From an uncultured Candidatus Woesearchaeota archaeon (GTDB lineage Archaea > Nanobdellota > Nanobdellia > Woesearchaeales > DSVV01), in contig OY970338.1 of NCBI GenBank assembly GCA_963717515.1, positions 1,448,621 through 1,512,620 on the forward strand: a DNA stretch of 64,000 nucleotides. Direction: 5' to 3'. The position numbers were made by a program, and so were the translations under genes. Below, one piece after another: positions 49,645-59,607 of this stretch (positions within the stretch are counted from its first letter, which is position 1; each line of letters starts with the position of its first letter). The notes below the pieces were generated by a model, which saw only the letters and a program-made list of their open reading frames with translations, was not told the DNA's origin and did not search any database.

Positions 49645-51663
49645 CTATTTTGCAGACACGCTGTAATGTACAAGGAAACATTCCCTCTGGTCTTTCACTG
49701 TCGTGAATTTCGAGACAAGGGCCTTGACAGAATCCATCCTCTGCTTCTTCTGGAGGATCTTGCCTGCGTCTGTCCTGTGGAACTCAATCTTCGCATAGAA
49801 TGCATGTCTCGCGATGTCAGTCAGGATATACTTGTCAGAGATCTCATAATTCCCATACTTGTTGTCGAGATAACCTTTTGCTGCGAGGGACTTGATTACA
49901 CTCTCGGTATCCAGCCCTCTTCCTGTCTTCTGGATGAAAGACTCAATCGTGAATCTCTTCTGCCTGAACGCGTTCTCGAGGACCTTGAGCTCCTCACTAG
50001 TGAGCTTGTCAAGCTCTGGCAGGAATGCTGATTTAATCTTCGCCTGTTCGATGTCGGTCACGACACTTCCGTTCACCATCTCTACCAGGAGGTTGAACTC
50101 CCTGCCCTTGTTCTCGCAGAGAAACATCACGCATGGCACAAGGACAGTCTCGATAGCCACCTCTTTTTCGCTCATCAGCCTGATGTCCTTGGGTGTGAGC
50201 TTGGGCTGGATTACGGGCATGAGCTTCTTGTCCTTGAAATCCTTGAGCTCATCAAAGAACTTGTCCTCGCCCTCCTGCATGCCGAGGATGTCCACTGCCT
50301 CTCCTCCATGCCTGGTCTTCCTGGGCCTGAAATTGACAAGCAGAGGCATGTCGACTATGCCTGTTATCAGGGCAGTGCCCACAGGCAGGTTCTTTATCTC
50401 GTTCTCAGTCTCGTAAGTGATACCCTCTACAGAATTCGTTATGGCTTTGAGGTCATTGGGGTTTGTAATCTTGAGAATGACCTGGGTGGTGCACTGGGAA
50501 AGAACTGTCTTCTGCACAATAGCCGGCCTCTGGGAGACCACGCAGAGCCCGAGGCCGAATTTCCTGCCCTCAGATGCGATGGTCTTGATAATCTTTGATG
50601 ACTTTGCCTCGCTGAAGCCCTTCTCCGGGACGAAGTTGTGCGCTTCTTCAATCACAAGGAAGAAGGGAGGGATCTTCTCGAGCTTCCTCTCGCTGAATAG
50701 GTCCTTTAGGAGTTTATATATCATTATCTCCTGCACCTGAGGGTCTATGCCTTTCAGGTTTAGGATGGAGCATCTCCCAGACTGGACAAGCTCGTTGAAG
50801 GATGTGGGGTTTCCTGAGAAGAGCTTGAGCCCTTTGAGGTATTCGACCATGTTAATCAGGTTCCATTTCTGGTTGTTCTCGCTTGACTGCAATGCAAGTA
50901 TCAGGTTGTCAAGGTTGAGCCGGTCGAGCTCCTTGATGGTGCTGTAGAGTATCCCCATCTGGCTGCTCGTGAGCCTTGCAGGCAGCAGGTTCACAATCTC
51001 ATCAGGGGTCAGGTTCTCATCAAGCTTGAGGGGCTTGAAACCCGGGTCAAGCTGGGTATCCCCATATACCGAGACTTTCCTTGCATATGACTTTGGCTTT
51101 ACCTTGAACCTGGACATCGCTGCCTTGTCTTTCTTGTTGTCATTCTCCTCCTTGAGGGTGATATATTCGCCGTGCGGGTCGATGATGAGCAGCGGCACAT
51201 TCTTGTCCATTATCTCCTCGAGAAGAACTCCGACTGAATAGGACTTGCCTGAGCCGGATTTCGCAAGGATTGCGACATGCCTTGTCAGGAGCTTGTTGAG
51301 GTCGAGGTATACAGGTATGCTCGTGCCTTCAAGGAGCCCTACGTAAGCCCCTTTCTGGATATCGTCGAGCATGACAACTGCTTTTATGAAATCCTCTTCA
51401 GCCTTAAGGACCTCTGTTCCGACATCAAATGGGCTCCTTACCTGCCTTATCCTTCCGTTCTTGTCCCTGTAGCCGATGATTATGCAGCGGGCCTTCACCT
51501 CTTCTGTGGTCTTCTCCAGCTCGATGACCTGGCAGAGGACATACTCATATTCCCTGTGATATACCTGGCAGTAGTCGAATTTCTCTGTCTTGTTCTCCAC
51601 GAGAAAATCAAACCTGGTTGTCGTAACCCTTCCTGTTATCTTTCCGAGTATGAAGCTTATCAC
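49645..51663 (-). CDS. HerA/DUF87-family ATPase with N-terminal HAS barrel and C-terminal extension
   Basis: HVAILAKSGSGKS, IIDPHGEY, EEAHNFVP, EGRKFG, SQRPA, SQC. Confidence 0.92.
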   Translation of the reverse strand: MISFILGKITGRVTTTRFDFLVENKTEKFDYCQVYHREYEYVLCQVIELEKTTEEVKARCIIIGYRDKNGRIRQVRSPFDVGTEVLKAEEDFIKAVVMLDDIQKGAYVGLLEGTSIPVYLDLNKLLTRHVAILAKSGSGKSYSVGVLLEEIMDKNVPLLIIDPHGEYITLKEENDNKKDKAAMSRFKVKPKSYARKVSVYGDTQLDPGFKPLKLDENLTPDEIVNLLPARLTSSQMGILYSTIKELDRLNLDNLILALQSSENNQKWNLINMVEYLKGLKLFSGNPTSFNELVQSGRCSILNLKGIDPQVQEIMIYKLLKDLFSERKLEKIPPFFLVIEEAHNFVPEKGFSEAKSSKIIKTIASEGRKFGLGLCVVSQRPAIVQKTVLSQCTTQVILKITNPNDLKAITNSVEGITYETENEIKNLPVGTALITGIVDMPLLVNFRPRKTRHGGEAVDILGMQEGEDKFFDELKDFKDKKLMPVIQPKLTPKDIRLMSEKEVAIETVLVPCVMFLCENKGREFNLLVEMVNGSVVTDIEQAKIKSAFLPELDKLTSEELKVLENAFRQKRFTIESFIQKTGRGLDTESVIKSLAAKGYLDNKYGNYEISDKYILTDIARHAFYAKIEFHRTDAGKILQKKQRMDSVKALVSKFTTVKDQRECFLVHYSVSAK

Positions 51664-51796
51664 CTGCTGTATGCAGTTAATAGATTTCCTGATTATATAT
51701 TAAGTTTCCTATATAATATAAATTGTTTAATTTATTCCTTTATAATGACAAAATTTAAATATTCTGGGCGAAAACCGTTCCAATAGTGGGAGTAAG

Positions 51797-52045
51797 ATGA
51801 GAACTTATTGTTTATCATTGCTATTGATTGTTCTGATAATCCTTGCAGGCTGCAAAAGCCATACCAAAGTCTCAACTGTCTCCAATGATTCACAGATGGC
51901 AAACCCTGCGTCAGTCCATTGCATCGATGATGGAGGCAGCCTTGAAATAAGGACAGCCCAGGACGGAAGCCAGGCAGGGTACTGCATATTCGAGAACGGT
52001 TCAGAATGCGAGGAATGGGCTTTCTACAGAGGTGAGTGCCCGTGA
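51797..52045 (+). CDS. DUF333 lipoprotein
   Basis: Lipobox LAGC; ANPASVHCIDDGG...GYC....CEEWAFYRGEC. Confidence 0.9.
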   Translation: MRTYCLSLLLIVLIILAGCKSHTKVSTVSNDSQMANPASVHCIDDGGSLEIRTAQDGSQAGYCIFENGSECEEWAFYRGECP

Positions 52046-54894
52046 TCAGGAGGAATCTGCTTATCCTGGCGATTGTCTTTGTCCTGTCTGTCACTTTTTG
52101 TTTCGCTGTCCAGAATCCTGCAGCAGGCCTTTGCATCCAGATGGGAAATGACTACCAGATGAAGGTCGATTCTTCTGGGAACCAGTACGGAGTCTGCGTA
52201 ACACCGGACGGCAAAGAGATAGAAGAATGGGAATTCTACAGGGAAATCAGCGAACCTGTCCAGAACAAAAAAACAGCTGCTGAAACAGGAATAATGAGCC
52301 TGGAATCCGGCAATGATTATATAAATTCTGAGAATCAAAAGATTATAACGCCGGTGATTAGCGATAAGATTATCAGCCCTTCGCCTATTTTCAGCAGGAA
52401 ACCTGCAGAAATCCAGCCAACGACTATATCTGCAAGCTCACCTAATAAATTTGACTGGAGAAGCTTTGAAGGGAGCAACTGGATTACTCCTGTTAAGGAC
52501 CAGGTCTCATGTGGAGGATGCTGGGCATTTACAGTTACAGGAATAGCAGAAGCAAGCATCAACATTAATCTGGATGACAATGACTATGATATTGACCTGT
52601 CTGAGCAGGACCTGATTTCCTGTGATCATTTATGCTACGACGGGTATACATGGCCGGGCATCGGATGCCAGTCAGGGTGTGACGGCGGGTATTTAGACCT
52701 GACTTTTGATTATCTGAAAAACACAGGAATAGTTAGGGAGTCATGCTTCCCATTCACAAGCAGCGGAGGCTCGAATGGGGATTGCAATGACAAATGTGAA
52801 GGCTGGGAGGATGAACTTGTCAAAGCTGATTACAGTCAGGTATCAGCTAGCAAGAATGCAGTCAAGGCTGCTATTGCGGATTATGGACCTGTAACTGCGA
52901 AAATGGTAATCTGTAATGATTTTGACGGCTCAGAAGAAGTATATTCCCATGATGAAAATGTCTGGGAGGATGAATCATGCTGGCATGATGGAGGGGATGG
53001 ATATTATTATCTCAACTGGCATGGGGTCGATATCGTGGGATATGATGAAACCAGTGATTACTGGATATGCAAAAACAGCTGGGGGACGGGTTTCGGTGAT
53101 GATGGCTTTTTTAAAATCTCGTTTTCAAACAGCGTCTATGACTTCAATTCCTGGGTAGATAATCTTGAGAATGATGGCGATTCAAGAGTATTTTTTCTTT
53201 ATGACAGCTATTACATTACTAATACAGATATTGATGATGACGGTGTATGGGATGGTACAGATAACTGCCCGGAAATTTCCAATCCTTCCCAGGATGATGC
53301 TGATTCTGACGGTATAGGAGATGAATGTGATTCCTGTCCGGGGGATGCCACTAATGACTTTGACAACGACAGTGTCTGTGGTGACATAGACAACTGCCCA
53401 TTTGTAAATAACTCAATGCAGCTGGACATGGACAATGACAGCATTGGCGATGTTTGCGATTCAGATGCTGACGGCGACAATTACACCAATGCTTCTGACT
53501 GTGCTGATTTCAACGCCTCCATAAATCCCGGCATGACCGAGATATGCGACGGAATCGACAACAACTGCGACAGCCTCATCGACTGGGAGCTGCTCCCAAA
53601 TCAGCTTGGCCTTTGCTTTGGCAACAACATGTTCTGCAATGGCAGCAACATGATGGTTAATGCAAGCAATTACGAGCCTGTCAACGAAACGCTAGACACC
53701 AAGGACGATGACTGCGACGGCTCTGTCGATGAAGGTTTTGTCGTCGGGAGCATGTCTAATAATGTTATCAAATTCTATGATTACTTCTCTGATAATGAAA
53801 CAGGAGAATATACTAATTCAGAAAGCCCATATTACAGCATGATTAAAGTCAGCATTTCAGACAATGCATCGAACAGCACCTGGGTCGAGTTCCCATGGAA
53901 TGCTTCATCATCACTTTTCAATATTTCAAGCATCACCAAGGAAGAGAATTCCGGAGGGAGCATCGGATCGATAATAGTCAACGGCATCGACGTCCCTGAG
54001 GGCATGACAAAGACATTGTATGTCGACGACCTGGAACAAGGCATGGACCATTTATGCATAAAGGACGCTTCAATAATTAATATATCAGAGATCAGCGCAG
54101 GTTGCGACGGCGACAATGAGACTCTTGTCACATGCGACAATACCTCTGTTGATGGCTATGCATGCACAGTGGCAGGCAGCAGATACAAGGTGACAGGCCT
54201 GCACCATTCAGGGATTGTCCAGAAATGCACAGATGCTGACAGTGACGGATATTATGCAGAAGGAGGAAGTTGCAGTCTTGCGGACTGCGATGACAATGAT
54301 GCGGAATCATATCCCGGTGCTTCCTGCGCAAGGGACTGCTACAGCGGCTCGGCACTCGACTCTTCTTGCCAATGCACAGGTGGAACATACACCTGCGGAG
54401 GCGGCGGTGGAGGAGGGGGGGGTGGTAGCAGTTCACGGTGCACTGAGAGCTGGAGCTGCGCAAATTGGTCAGAATGCTCGATGACAGGGCTCAAGTCAAG
54501 GGTTTGCCAAGATACAAACAACTGCTCAACGATAACATTCAGGCCGGTACTTACTATGGCCTGTGTGTATGTGTCTCCACAAGAGCCTATTGGTTCAGTT
54601 GCAGAACACAGCACTGACACAGTAGCTACTGTGAATGTTCCTGAATCCCTGGTTGCCAACAATACCATTCTTGCTGAGAACCAGAGCAGTACCTTGATGG
54701 CAGGCGAAGTAAACATCAGAGTCAACAATTCATTGCAAGTATCAAATGATATTTCCGAAAAAGGCTCTAGGTTAGGCTGGCAGAGCATAATTATAGCAGT
54801 GATCGTGATTGCTTTAGCATCTTCGGCTGTGTTATATATCAGGAAGAATGGAAAAAAGAAAGGGATGAAGAAAGAAGGGAATCCGCACAAATAA
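52036..54894 (+). CDS. Surface-anchored papain-family (C1A) protease with DUF333, TSP3 and MopE-type repeats
   Basis: NPAAGLC..EEWEFYR; FDWR, Q.SCGGCWAF, WHGVDIVGY, KNSWG; DNCP repeats; poly-Gly; C-terminal TM plus basic tail. Confidence 0.92.
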   Translation: MPVIRRNLLILAIVFVLSVTFCFAVQNPAAGLCIQMGNDYQMKVDSSGNQYGVCVTPDGKEIEEWEFYREISEPVQNKKTAAETGIMSLESGNDYINSENQKIITPVISDKIISPSPIFSRKPAEIQPTTISASSPNKFDWRSFEGSNWITPVKDQVSCGGCWAFTVTGIAEASININLDDNDYDIDLSEQDLISCDHLCYDGYTWPGIGCQSGCDGGYLDLTFDYLKNTGIVRESCFPFTSSGGSNGDCNDKCEGWEDELVKADYSQVSASKNAVKAAIADYGPVTAKMVICNDFDGSEEVYSHDENVWEDESCWHDGGDGYYYLNWHGVDIVGYDETSDYWICKNSWGTGFGDDGFFKISFSNSVYDFNSWVDNLENDGDSRVFFLYDSYYITNTDIDDDGVWDGTDNCPEISNPSQDDADSDGIGDECDSCPGDATNDFDNDSVCGDIDNCPFVNNSMQLDMDNDSIGDVCDSDADGDNYTNASDCADFNASINPGMTEICDGIDNNCDSLIDWELLPNQLGLCFGNNMFCNGSNMMVNASNYEPVNETLDTKDDDCDGSVDEGFVVGSMSNNVIKFYDYFSDNETGEYTNSESPYYSMIKVSISDNASNSTWVEFPWNASSSLFNISSITKEENSGGSIGSIIVNGIDVPEGMTKTLYVDDLEQGMDHLCIKDASIINISEISAGCDGDNETLVTCDNTSVDGYACTVAGSRYKVTGLHHSGIVQKCTDADSDGYYAEGGSCSLADCDDNDAESYPGASCARDCYSGSALDSSCQCTGGTYTCGGGGGGGGGGSSSRCTESWSCANWSECSMTGLKSRVCQDTNNCSTITFRPVLTMACVYVSPQEPIGSVAEHSTDTVATVNVPESLVANNTILAENQSSTLMAGEVNIRVNNSLQVSNDISEKGSRLGWQSIIIAVIVIALASSAVLYIRKNGKKKGMKKEGNPHK

Positions 54895-54985
54895 AACCAA
54901 AGCTCAAAATAAGCCGATACTTCTGTCACAAATTATATATAATAGTACAGGTTATCAGGAATAAAACTATCAGGAGGTCATCATC

Positions 54986-55237
54986 ATGGCAGAACAGCAG
55001 AAACAACCGGAGGCAAGCAAGGAAGAGCAGATAGGCTTTCACAAAGGAGCCCTCTCGACCCTTATGAAGGAAAGAGAAGAGATGGCAAAGATCATCTCGA
55101 TTGTCGAACAGCTCATCCAGATGCATGTCAAAGCGCTCAAGGAGCTTGGGGTGGACCTTGTATCCCAGGCACAGGCTGCACAGCAACAATCCACAAAAAA
55201 ACCCACTGACAAGCTTGACGAGCTGATCAAGAAATAG
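54986..55237 (+). CDS. Small coiled-coil hypothetical protein
   Basis: SD AGGAGGT; helical sequence EQIGFHKGALSTLMKEREEM. Confidence 0.75.
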   Translation: MAEQQKQPEASKEEQIGFHKGALSTLMKEREEMAKIISIVEQLIQMHVKALKELGVDLVSQAQAAQQQSTKKPTDKLDELIKK

Positions 55238-55240
55238 AAT

Positions 55241-55468
55241 ATGGGAATGCTTTTCAGCGAAGACGGCGAGTGCATTGTATGCGGCCTTCACACCAATAAG
55301 TACTGCGATGCCTGCAGAAGATTTATCTGCGACAGCCATCAGGTCGAAAAGAAAGTCGAAGGTTCAACCAAGGTTCTTATATTCTGCAAGGATTGCTTTG
55401 AGAAAGGTAAAAATCCAAGGAATTCAGACATGAAGGGGCTTCATCCGCACTATCACTTCGATAGATGA
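55241..55468 (+). CDS. Small zinc-finger protein
   Basis: CxxC, CxxC, CxxH, CxxC. Confidence 0.75.
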   Translation: MGMLFSEDGECIVCGLHTNKYCDACRRFICDSHQVEKKVEGSTKVLIFCKDCFEKGKNPRNSDMKGLHPHYHFDR

Positions 55469-56511
55469 GCCCTCGCTATGATGTACATCGCGTGGCTCCA
55501 TGCAAGGGGCTTGACTGATACCTGGGTCTTGTTGGTGAAGAGCTGTTCTGGGATGTTCTTGTTGCGGTCAAGCCTGTCCACGACATTCTTTATATATTGG
55601 GTTGCTCTTTCCTTGTCCCCCCTGATTGAATAATATATTGAAATCCAGAAATTGGCTATGGGCCATGTGCCTGCTCCTCTGAAGGCATCTGTTCCCTGGA
55701 ACCTGAAACTGTCATAGTCATCATATTGGTACCTGTGGAAAGTCCCTTTCTCTTCAAGGACCTTGTGAAGGTTGTCCACAGTGTTTATGATGCGGATGTC
55801 ATCTGCCTTCAATATCCCGAAGGGCCATATCAGCCCGAGTATGGAAATGTCGGGCCTGAAGTCGATGTTGAGTCCGTTCCTCCTGACAAAAAGAAACTCA
55901 TGGTAAGAGCCCTTGACCATGCTCTCCATCTGTTTTGAGACCTTCATCCAGCTCCTGTTTGAGGATATGGCGTTAGCGCATTTCAGCCCTGTTGCGCATG
56001 CTGCTATTGAATACGTATGGTTGTTCTTCATCTCCGGATACGTGTATCTCTCTTCCCAGATGTCCTGGGTTATAACTGAGAAATGTTCCTTTTTCCAGAC
56101 CCTGCAGATGCCATCGGCGAGAAGCTTTACGAGAGATATGAACTCCTTCTTGTACCCGGGATTTCTCTTAATGAAATTATATAGCGCCCATAATATGGTC
56201 CCGTTCTGGTCAGGCTGAAACCCTGTCCATCTCTTCCTGCCATTGGTATGGTAGTTCTGGAACAGCAGCCCTGTCCTCTCAAAGTCCTCGGCTCTTTTGA
56301 GCCATCGGAAGAATTTCGCCTGTTCATCTTTCATCCCAAGCAGATCAAGTGCATAGCATATGTAGGCAGCATCCCTCGGCCAGACATATCTGTAGCTCTG
56401 GACATCATGGGGATAGTCCGGCCTGTCAGAATCAGCCGCTATTATTGCTCCGTTCTTAAGGCAACAGCCCAGCAGAACCTCTCTTGATTTTTCGACCAGG
56501 GCATCATCCAT
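55453..56511 (-). CDS. Glycoside hydrolase family 15 (glucoamylase-like)
   Basis: GAIIAA, YRYVWPRD, QPD, DIWEE, PEQ, PLAWSHA. Confidence 0.92.
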   Translation of the reverse strand: MDDALVEKSREVLLGCCLKNGAIIAADSDRPDYPHDVQSYRYVWPRDAAYICYALDLLGMKDEQAKFFRWLKRAEDFERTGLLFQNYHTNGRKRWTGFQPDQNGTILWALYNFIKRNPGYKKEFISLVKLLADGICRVWKKEHFSVITQDIWEERYTYPEMKNNHTYSIAACATGLKCANAISSNRSWMKVSKQMESMVKGSYHEFLFVRRNGLNIDFRPDISILGLIWPFGILKADDIRIINTVDNLHKVLEEKGTFHRYQYDDYDSFRFQGTDAFRGAGTWPIANFWISIYYSIRGDKERATQYIKNVVDRLDRNKNIPEQLFTNKTQVSVKPLAWSHAMYIIARAHLSK

Positions 56512-56614
56512 ATTACTGAAGGTATATCATATGCGGTATATATGTTTTATTGAATTGAAGCTGTCATGGGACAATCCAGAAGAATCGAATCAATATGAAA
56601 AAAAGAAAAAATAT

Positions 56615-57295
56615 TCAGTTCACCTGCTTGAGGTTTGCGTCCAGAATAGCCTTCTGTATCGGATCGAGGGTCTCGGCTCGAGCCAGCCTCGGCGGGGGTG
56701 ACCTTGCATGTGGCCTGGCAGTAGCCGGCCTTGCCTGGGGTCTAATGGGTGCTGATTTCATAGGTGGTTTACTCCCCGGGACTCGCTTAAGCGGCTTCCT
56801 TCCCCTTATCAGGAATTTCTTCGTATTCTTGGAGAGATCGAGGAAATCATCAGCCTCCTCCCTAATATGCTTTGATGCTGTCTGGGCGAAAGCGATTACC
56901 TCGCACCTGCATCCATGGGATTTCAGGTATTTGAGAAGCTCTGCAAAATCTCCGTCACCGCTCACGAGCACTACTGTATCTACCTTGTTCGAGAGCCTGA
57001 CAGCATCCATTGCGATGCCGATGTCCCAGTCGCCTTTTTTTGCCCCGCCCTGAAAAATCTGGATGTCCTTTGCCTTGACCTCGATGCCAATCTTGTTGAG
57101 AGCATCGTGGAAATTCACCTCATCCTTTATCTCTGTCTTGATCACGTATGCTATGGACCTGATGAGTATCCTCCCTGCAACTGCCGCATTGAGTATCTCC
57201 TTGAAATTCACTTTCGTGTCATAGAAGTGCTTTGCACTGTAGTACATGTTCTGCACATCGAACAGAACCAGAACTCTCTGGCCTATGTGTTTCAT
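56615..57295 (-). CDS. NYN/LabA (DUF88) PIN-like protein with Pro/Arg-rich tail
   Basis: DVQNMY, KGDWDIGIAMD, SGDGDF, ADDFLD. Confidence 0.92.
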   Translation of the reverse strand: MKHIGQRVLVLFDVQNMYYSAKHFYDTKVNFKEILNAAVAGRILIRSIAYVIKTEIKDEVNFHDALNKIGIEVKAKDIQIFQGGAKKGDWDIGIAMDAVRLSNKVDTVVLVSGDGDFAELLKYLKSHGCRCEVIAFAQTASKHIREEADDFLDLSKNTKKFLIRGRKPLKRVPGSKPPMKSAPIRPQARPATARPHARSPPPRLARAETLDPIQKAILDANLKQVN

Positions 57296-57353
57296 TTTTT
57301 CACACCTCTGGAAAAATGAAGCCTTAAATTCTTAGATTTTCCCTGTTTCATAT

Positions 57354-58256
57354 TCATTCACCTTTTGCTATCCTCTTGTATATGGCCTGGGCTGCAATCG
57401 CTCCCTCAGCCTGCGCTGCGACAATCTGGCGCATGTAGTTCGAGCCGTTGGTTATGTCGCCTGCTGCATAGAGCCCATCAATGTTTGTCGATTGTGTCCT
57501 GTCGACATCGATATGCCCCCATTTGTCCTTTTCAACCTTGAGCTGTTCCAGCATGGCAGTGTCAGGGATCGAGCCGACCTCGATGAACACCCCGCCGACA
57601 TCAAGCTCCTTTCCGGAATTCAGCATCAACTTCTGTACGACATCTGAACCTATTATCTCCTTTACACTTTCGCCTGTCATCACTTCAATCTTCGGATCCT
57701 TCCCTATTGCATCCATCCAGACTGGCTCTGTCGGCAACTTCTCCATTATCTCGATTATATATACTTTTGTAGCGTACTCTGCAAGAAGGAGCGCTGCAGT
57801 CGTCCCAGAATCATTGCCACCGATGACAGCGACATCCTTTCCCTTGAAGAACGGCGCGTCGCAAGTTGCGCAGAGCGCGACACCCTTTCCCAGGAACTCA
57901 TCCTCTCCCGGGACTTTGAGCTTGCGCTTCTTTGTGCCGACTGCATACAACACATATTTTGCCTCGTACTCTCCCTTATCAGTCTTAATAATGAAGCTTT
58001 TTTCTGCCTTTGTCACTTCTGCCGCTCTCTCTCTCTTGTACTCGATGTCATTGGCTTTCACATGCTCTGTGTAGAGCTTCTTGAGCTCTTTTCCTAAGAC
58101 AGAGACCCTGCTCGGGAAATTCTCAATCTTGTGGGCCTTAGCAGCCCATCCGCCAATGTCAGGGGAGAGAAGGAGAGTCTTGAGCCTGTACCTTGCCGCA
58201 TAGATGCTCGCTGTTATCCCTGCCGGCCCTGCGCCGATTACTGCTATGTCGTACAT
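57354..58256 (-). CDS. trxB: Thioredoxin-disulfide reductase
   Basis: GAGPAG, CATCD, GGNDSG, AAGD. Confidence 0.93.
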   Translation of the reverse strand: MYDIAVIGAGPAGITASIYAARYRLKTLLLSPDIGGWAAKAHKIENFPSRVSVLGKELKKLYTEHVKANDIEYKRERAAEVTKAEKSFIIKTDKGEYEAKYVLYAVGTKKRKLKVPGEDEFLGKGVALCATCDAPFFKGKDVAVIGGNDSGTTAALLLAEYATKVYIIEIMEKLPTEPVWMDAIGKDPKIEVMTGESVKEIIGSDVVQKLMLNSGKELDVGGVFIEVGSIPDTAMLEQLKVEKDKWGHIDVDRTQSTNIDGLYAAGDITNGSNYMRQIVAAQAEGAIAAQAIYKRIAKGE

Positions 58257-58305
58257 GGGTGATTAAGAAAAAGTTCTTTTATATATAATTTATGGATAAA
58301 TAAAT

Positions 58306-58395
58306 CTAGAAATCACCGGTGATTGCCCCCACATCTGCGGGGGCGCTCATGTCGGTTTGGGGGTACGTGAAATCAAGCTCGATATATTCTTCCAT
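58306..58395 (-). CDS. Candidate 29-aa peptide MEEYIELDFTYPQTDMSAPADVGAITGDF
   Basis: AGGTGA SD 6 nt before the ATG; hairpin leader 58428-58487; TATA-like tract near 58511-58520. Confidence 0.5.
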   Translation of the reverse strand: MEEYIELDFTYPQTDMSAPADVGAITGDF

Positions 58396-58591
58396 ATCAA
58401 ATCACCTTTTTTGTTTATCATGGCCTTGGAAAAAACCCCCTGAGGTGTTATTAATGAGTATTGCAGGTGCAGGCTGGGGTTTTTCCCACTGTCCTTGTGT
58501 ATACCATATGTTTTATATATCCCTTATCAAGGCCAAATCTTTAATTCAAATCCATAAAATTTAAAAAAAGAGGCAGTGTTGCACCTTCCAG

Positions 58592-59272
58592 GTGGATAAT
58601 GTGGGGTTTGTTTTCGGTCCAAGCTGGTTCTACAGCATAGGCTTCGGTTTCGAGATATTCGCGCTCCTGGTCACACTCCTTATCGCTTTCTACAGCCTGA
58701 GGGTATACAATATAACAAAGGACAGGAGGTACCTGTATTTTACGCTGGCATTCCTCTCAATCACTGCATCATACATAATAAGGGCTGCTGCCGACTATGT
58801 CGCTTACACCCATCTAATCGGGAGGATACCTAATGTCACAGAGGCCCTCTCTAAGGTCGCGACTCTTCCGTTTCTGTACAGCATCGCCTATTTCATCCAT
58901 GTCTTCTTCATGCTTGCAGGGTTCATGATACTTGTCGCGGTGTTCCTGAGGATTGACAACATCAGGACCGTGTCGCTCCTGTTCATCCTCGCATTGATCC
59001 TCGCATTCCTGTCCCAGAGCACGTTTTTCGCATTCCACATAACCCTCATCATCATGCTGCTCTACATCGTCATCCACCTGTTCCACAACCACTCAAAGAT
59101 AAGGAAGGTGAATTCATTCATCGTCCTCTACTCAATGCTTGCCCTCCTTGTCTCGCACATATTCCTGCTGCTCGTAAGCGTGGAGAGGCTGTATTTCGTG
59201 GTTGGCAATGTGCTTCAGCTTGCTGGATTTGCGCTGCTGCTGCTCAACATGGTGCTGGTGTTCAGAAAATGA
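58592..59272 (+). CDS. 7-TM membrane protein (sensor-like)
   Basis: About 7 hydrophobic helices; upstream of a wHTH gene. Confidence 0.7.
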   Translation: MDNVGFVFGPSWFYSIGFGFEIFALLVTLLIAFYSLRVYNITKDRRYLYFTLAFLSITASYIIRAAADYVAYTHLIGRIPNVTEALSKVATLPFLYSIAYFIHVFFMLAGFMILVAVFLRIDNIRTVSLLFILALILAFLSQSTFFAFHITLIIMLLYIVIHLFHNHSKIRKVNSFIVLYSMLALLVSHIFLLLVSVERLYFVVGNVLQLAGFALLLLNMVLVFRK

Positions 59273-59324
59273 AGGTTCACTCAATAGAATTTCGGAACTT
59301 CCAATTTTCCACTGAGGTGAAAAA

Positions 59325-59597
59325 TTGAAAGAGAAACGGAGCAGGCTCGACATCATCCACGACATCATGCTTGCCATACAGAGAAAGAGGGGGCGCATAA
59401 AACCCACGCACCTTCTCTACAAATCCAACCTCTCCTACCAGAGGATGAACGTGTATCTGGAAGAGCTTATCGAGAAGGGCCTTGTCAAGAAGGATTTTGA
59501 CGAGAAGAACAAGTTCTATGTCCTGACAGACAAGGGTCATAATTTCATTGCAGAGTTCAAGAGGATAAGGGAGTTCCAGGACAGCTTCGGGCTGTGA
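59325..59597 (+). CDS. Winged-helix transcriptional regulator
   Basis: RSRLDIIHDIM, THLLYKSNLS, YLEELIEKGL, YVLTDKG. Confidence 0.9.
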   Translation: MKEKRSRLDIIHDIMLAIQRKRGRIKPTHLLYKSNLSYQRMNVYLEELIEKGLVKKDFDEKNKFYVLTDKGHNFIAEFKRIREFQDSFGL

Positions 59598-59607
59598 GAT
59601 CCTGTTT

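Noticed and set aside
58319-58564. 81-aa plus-strand ORF
   Set aside because: No SD or motif; the minus-strand SD-led ORF and hairpins explain the region better
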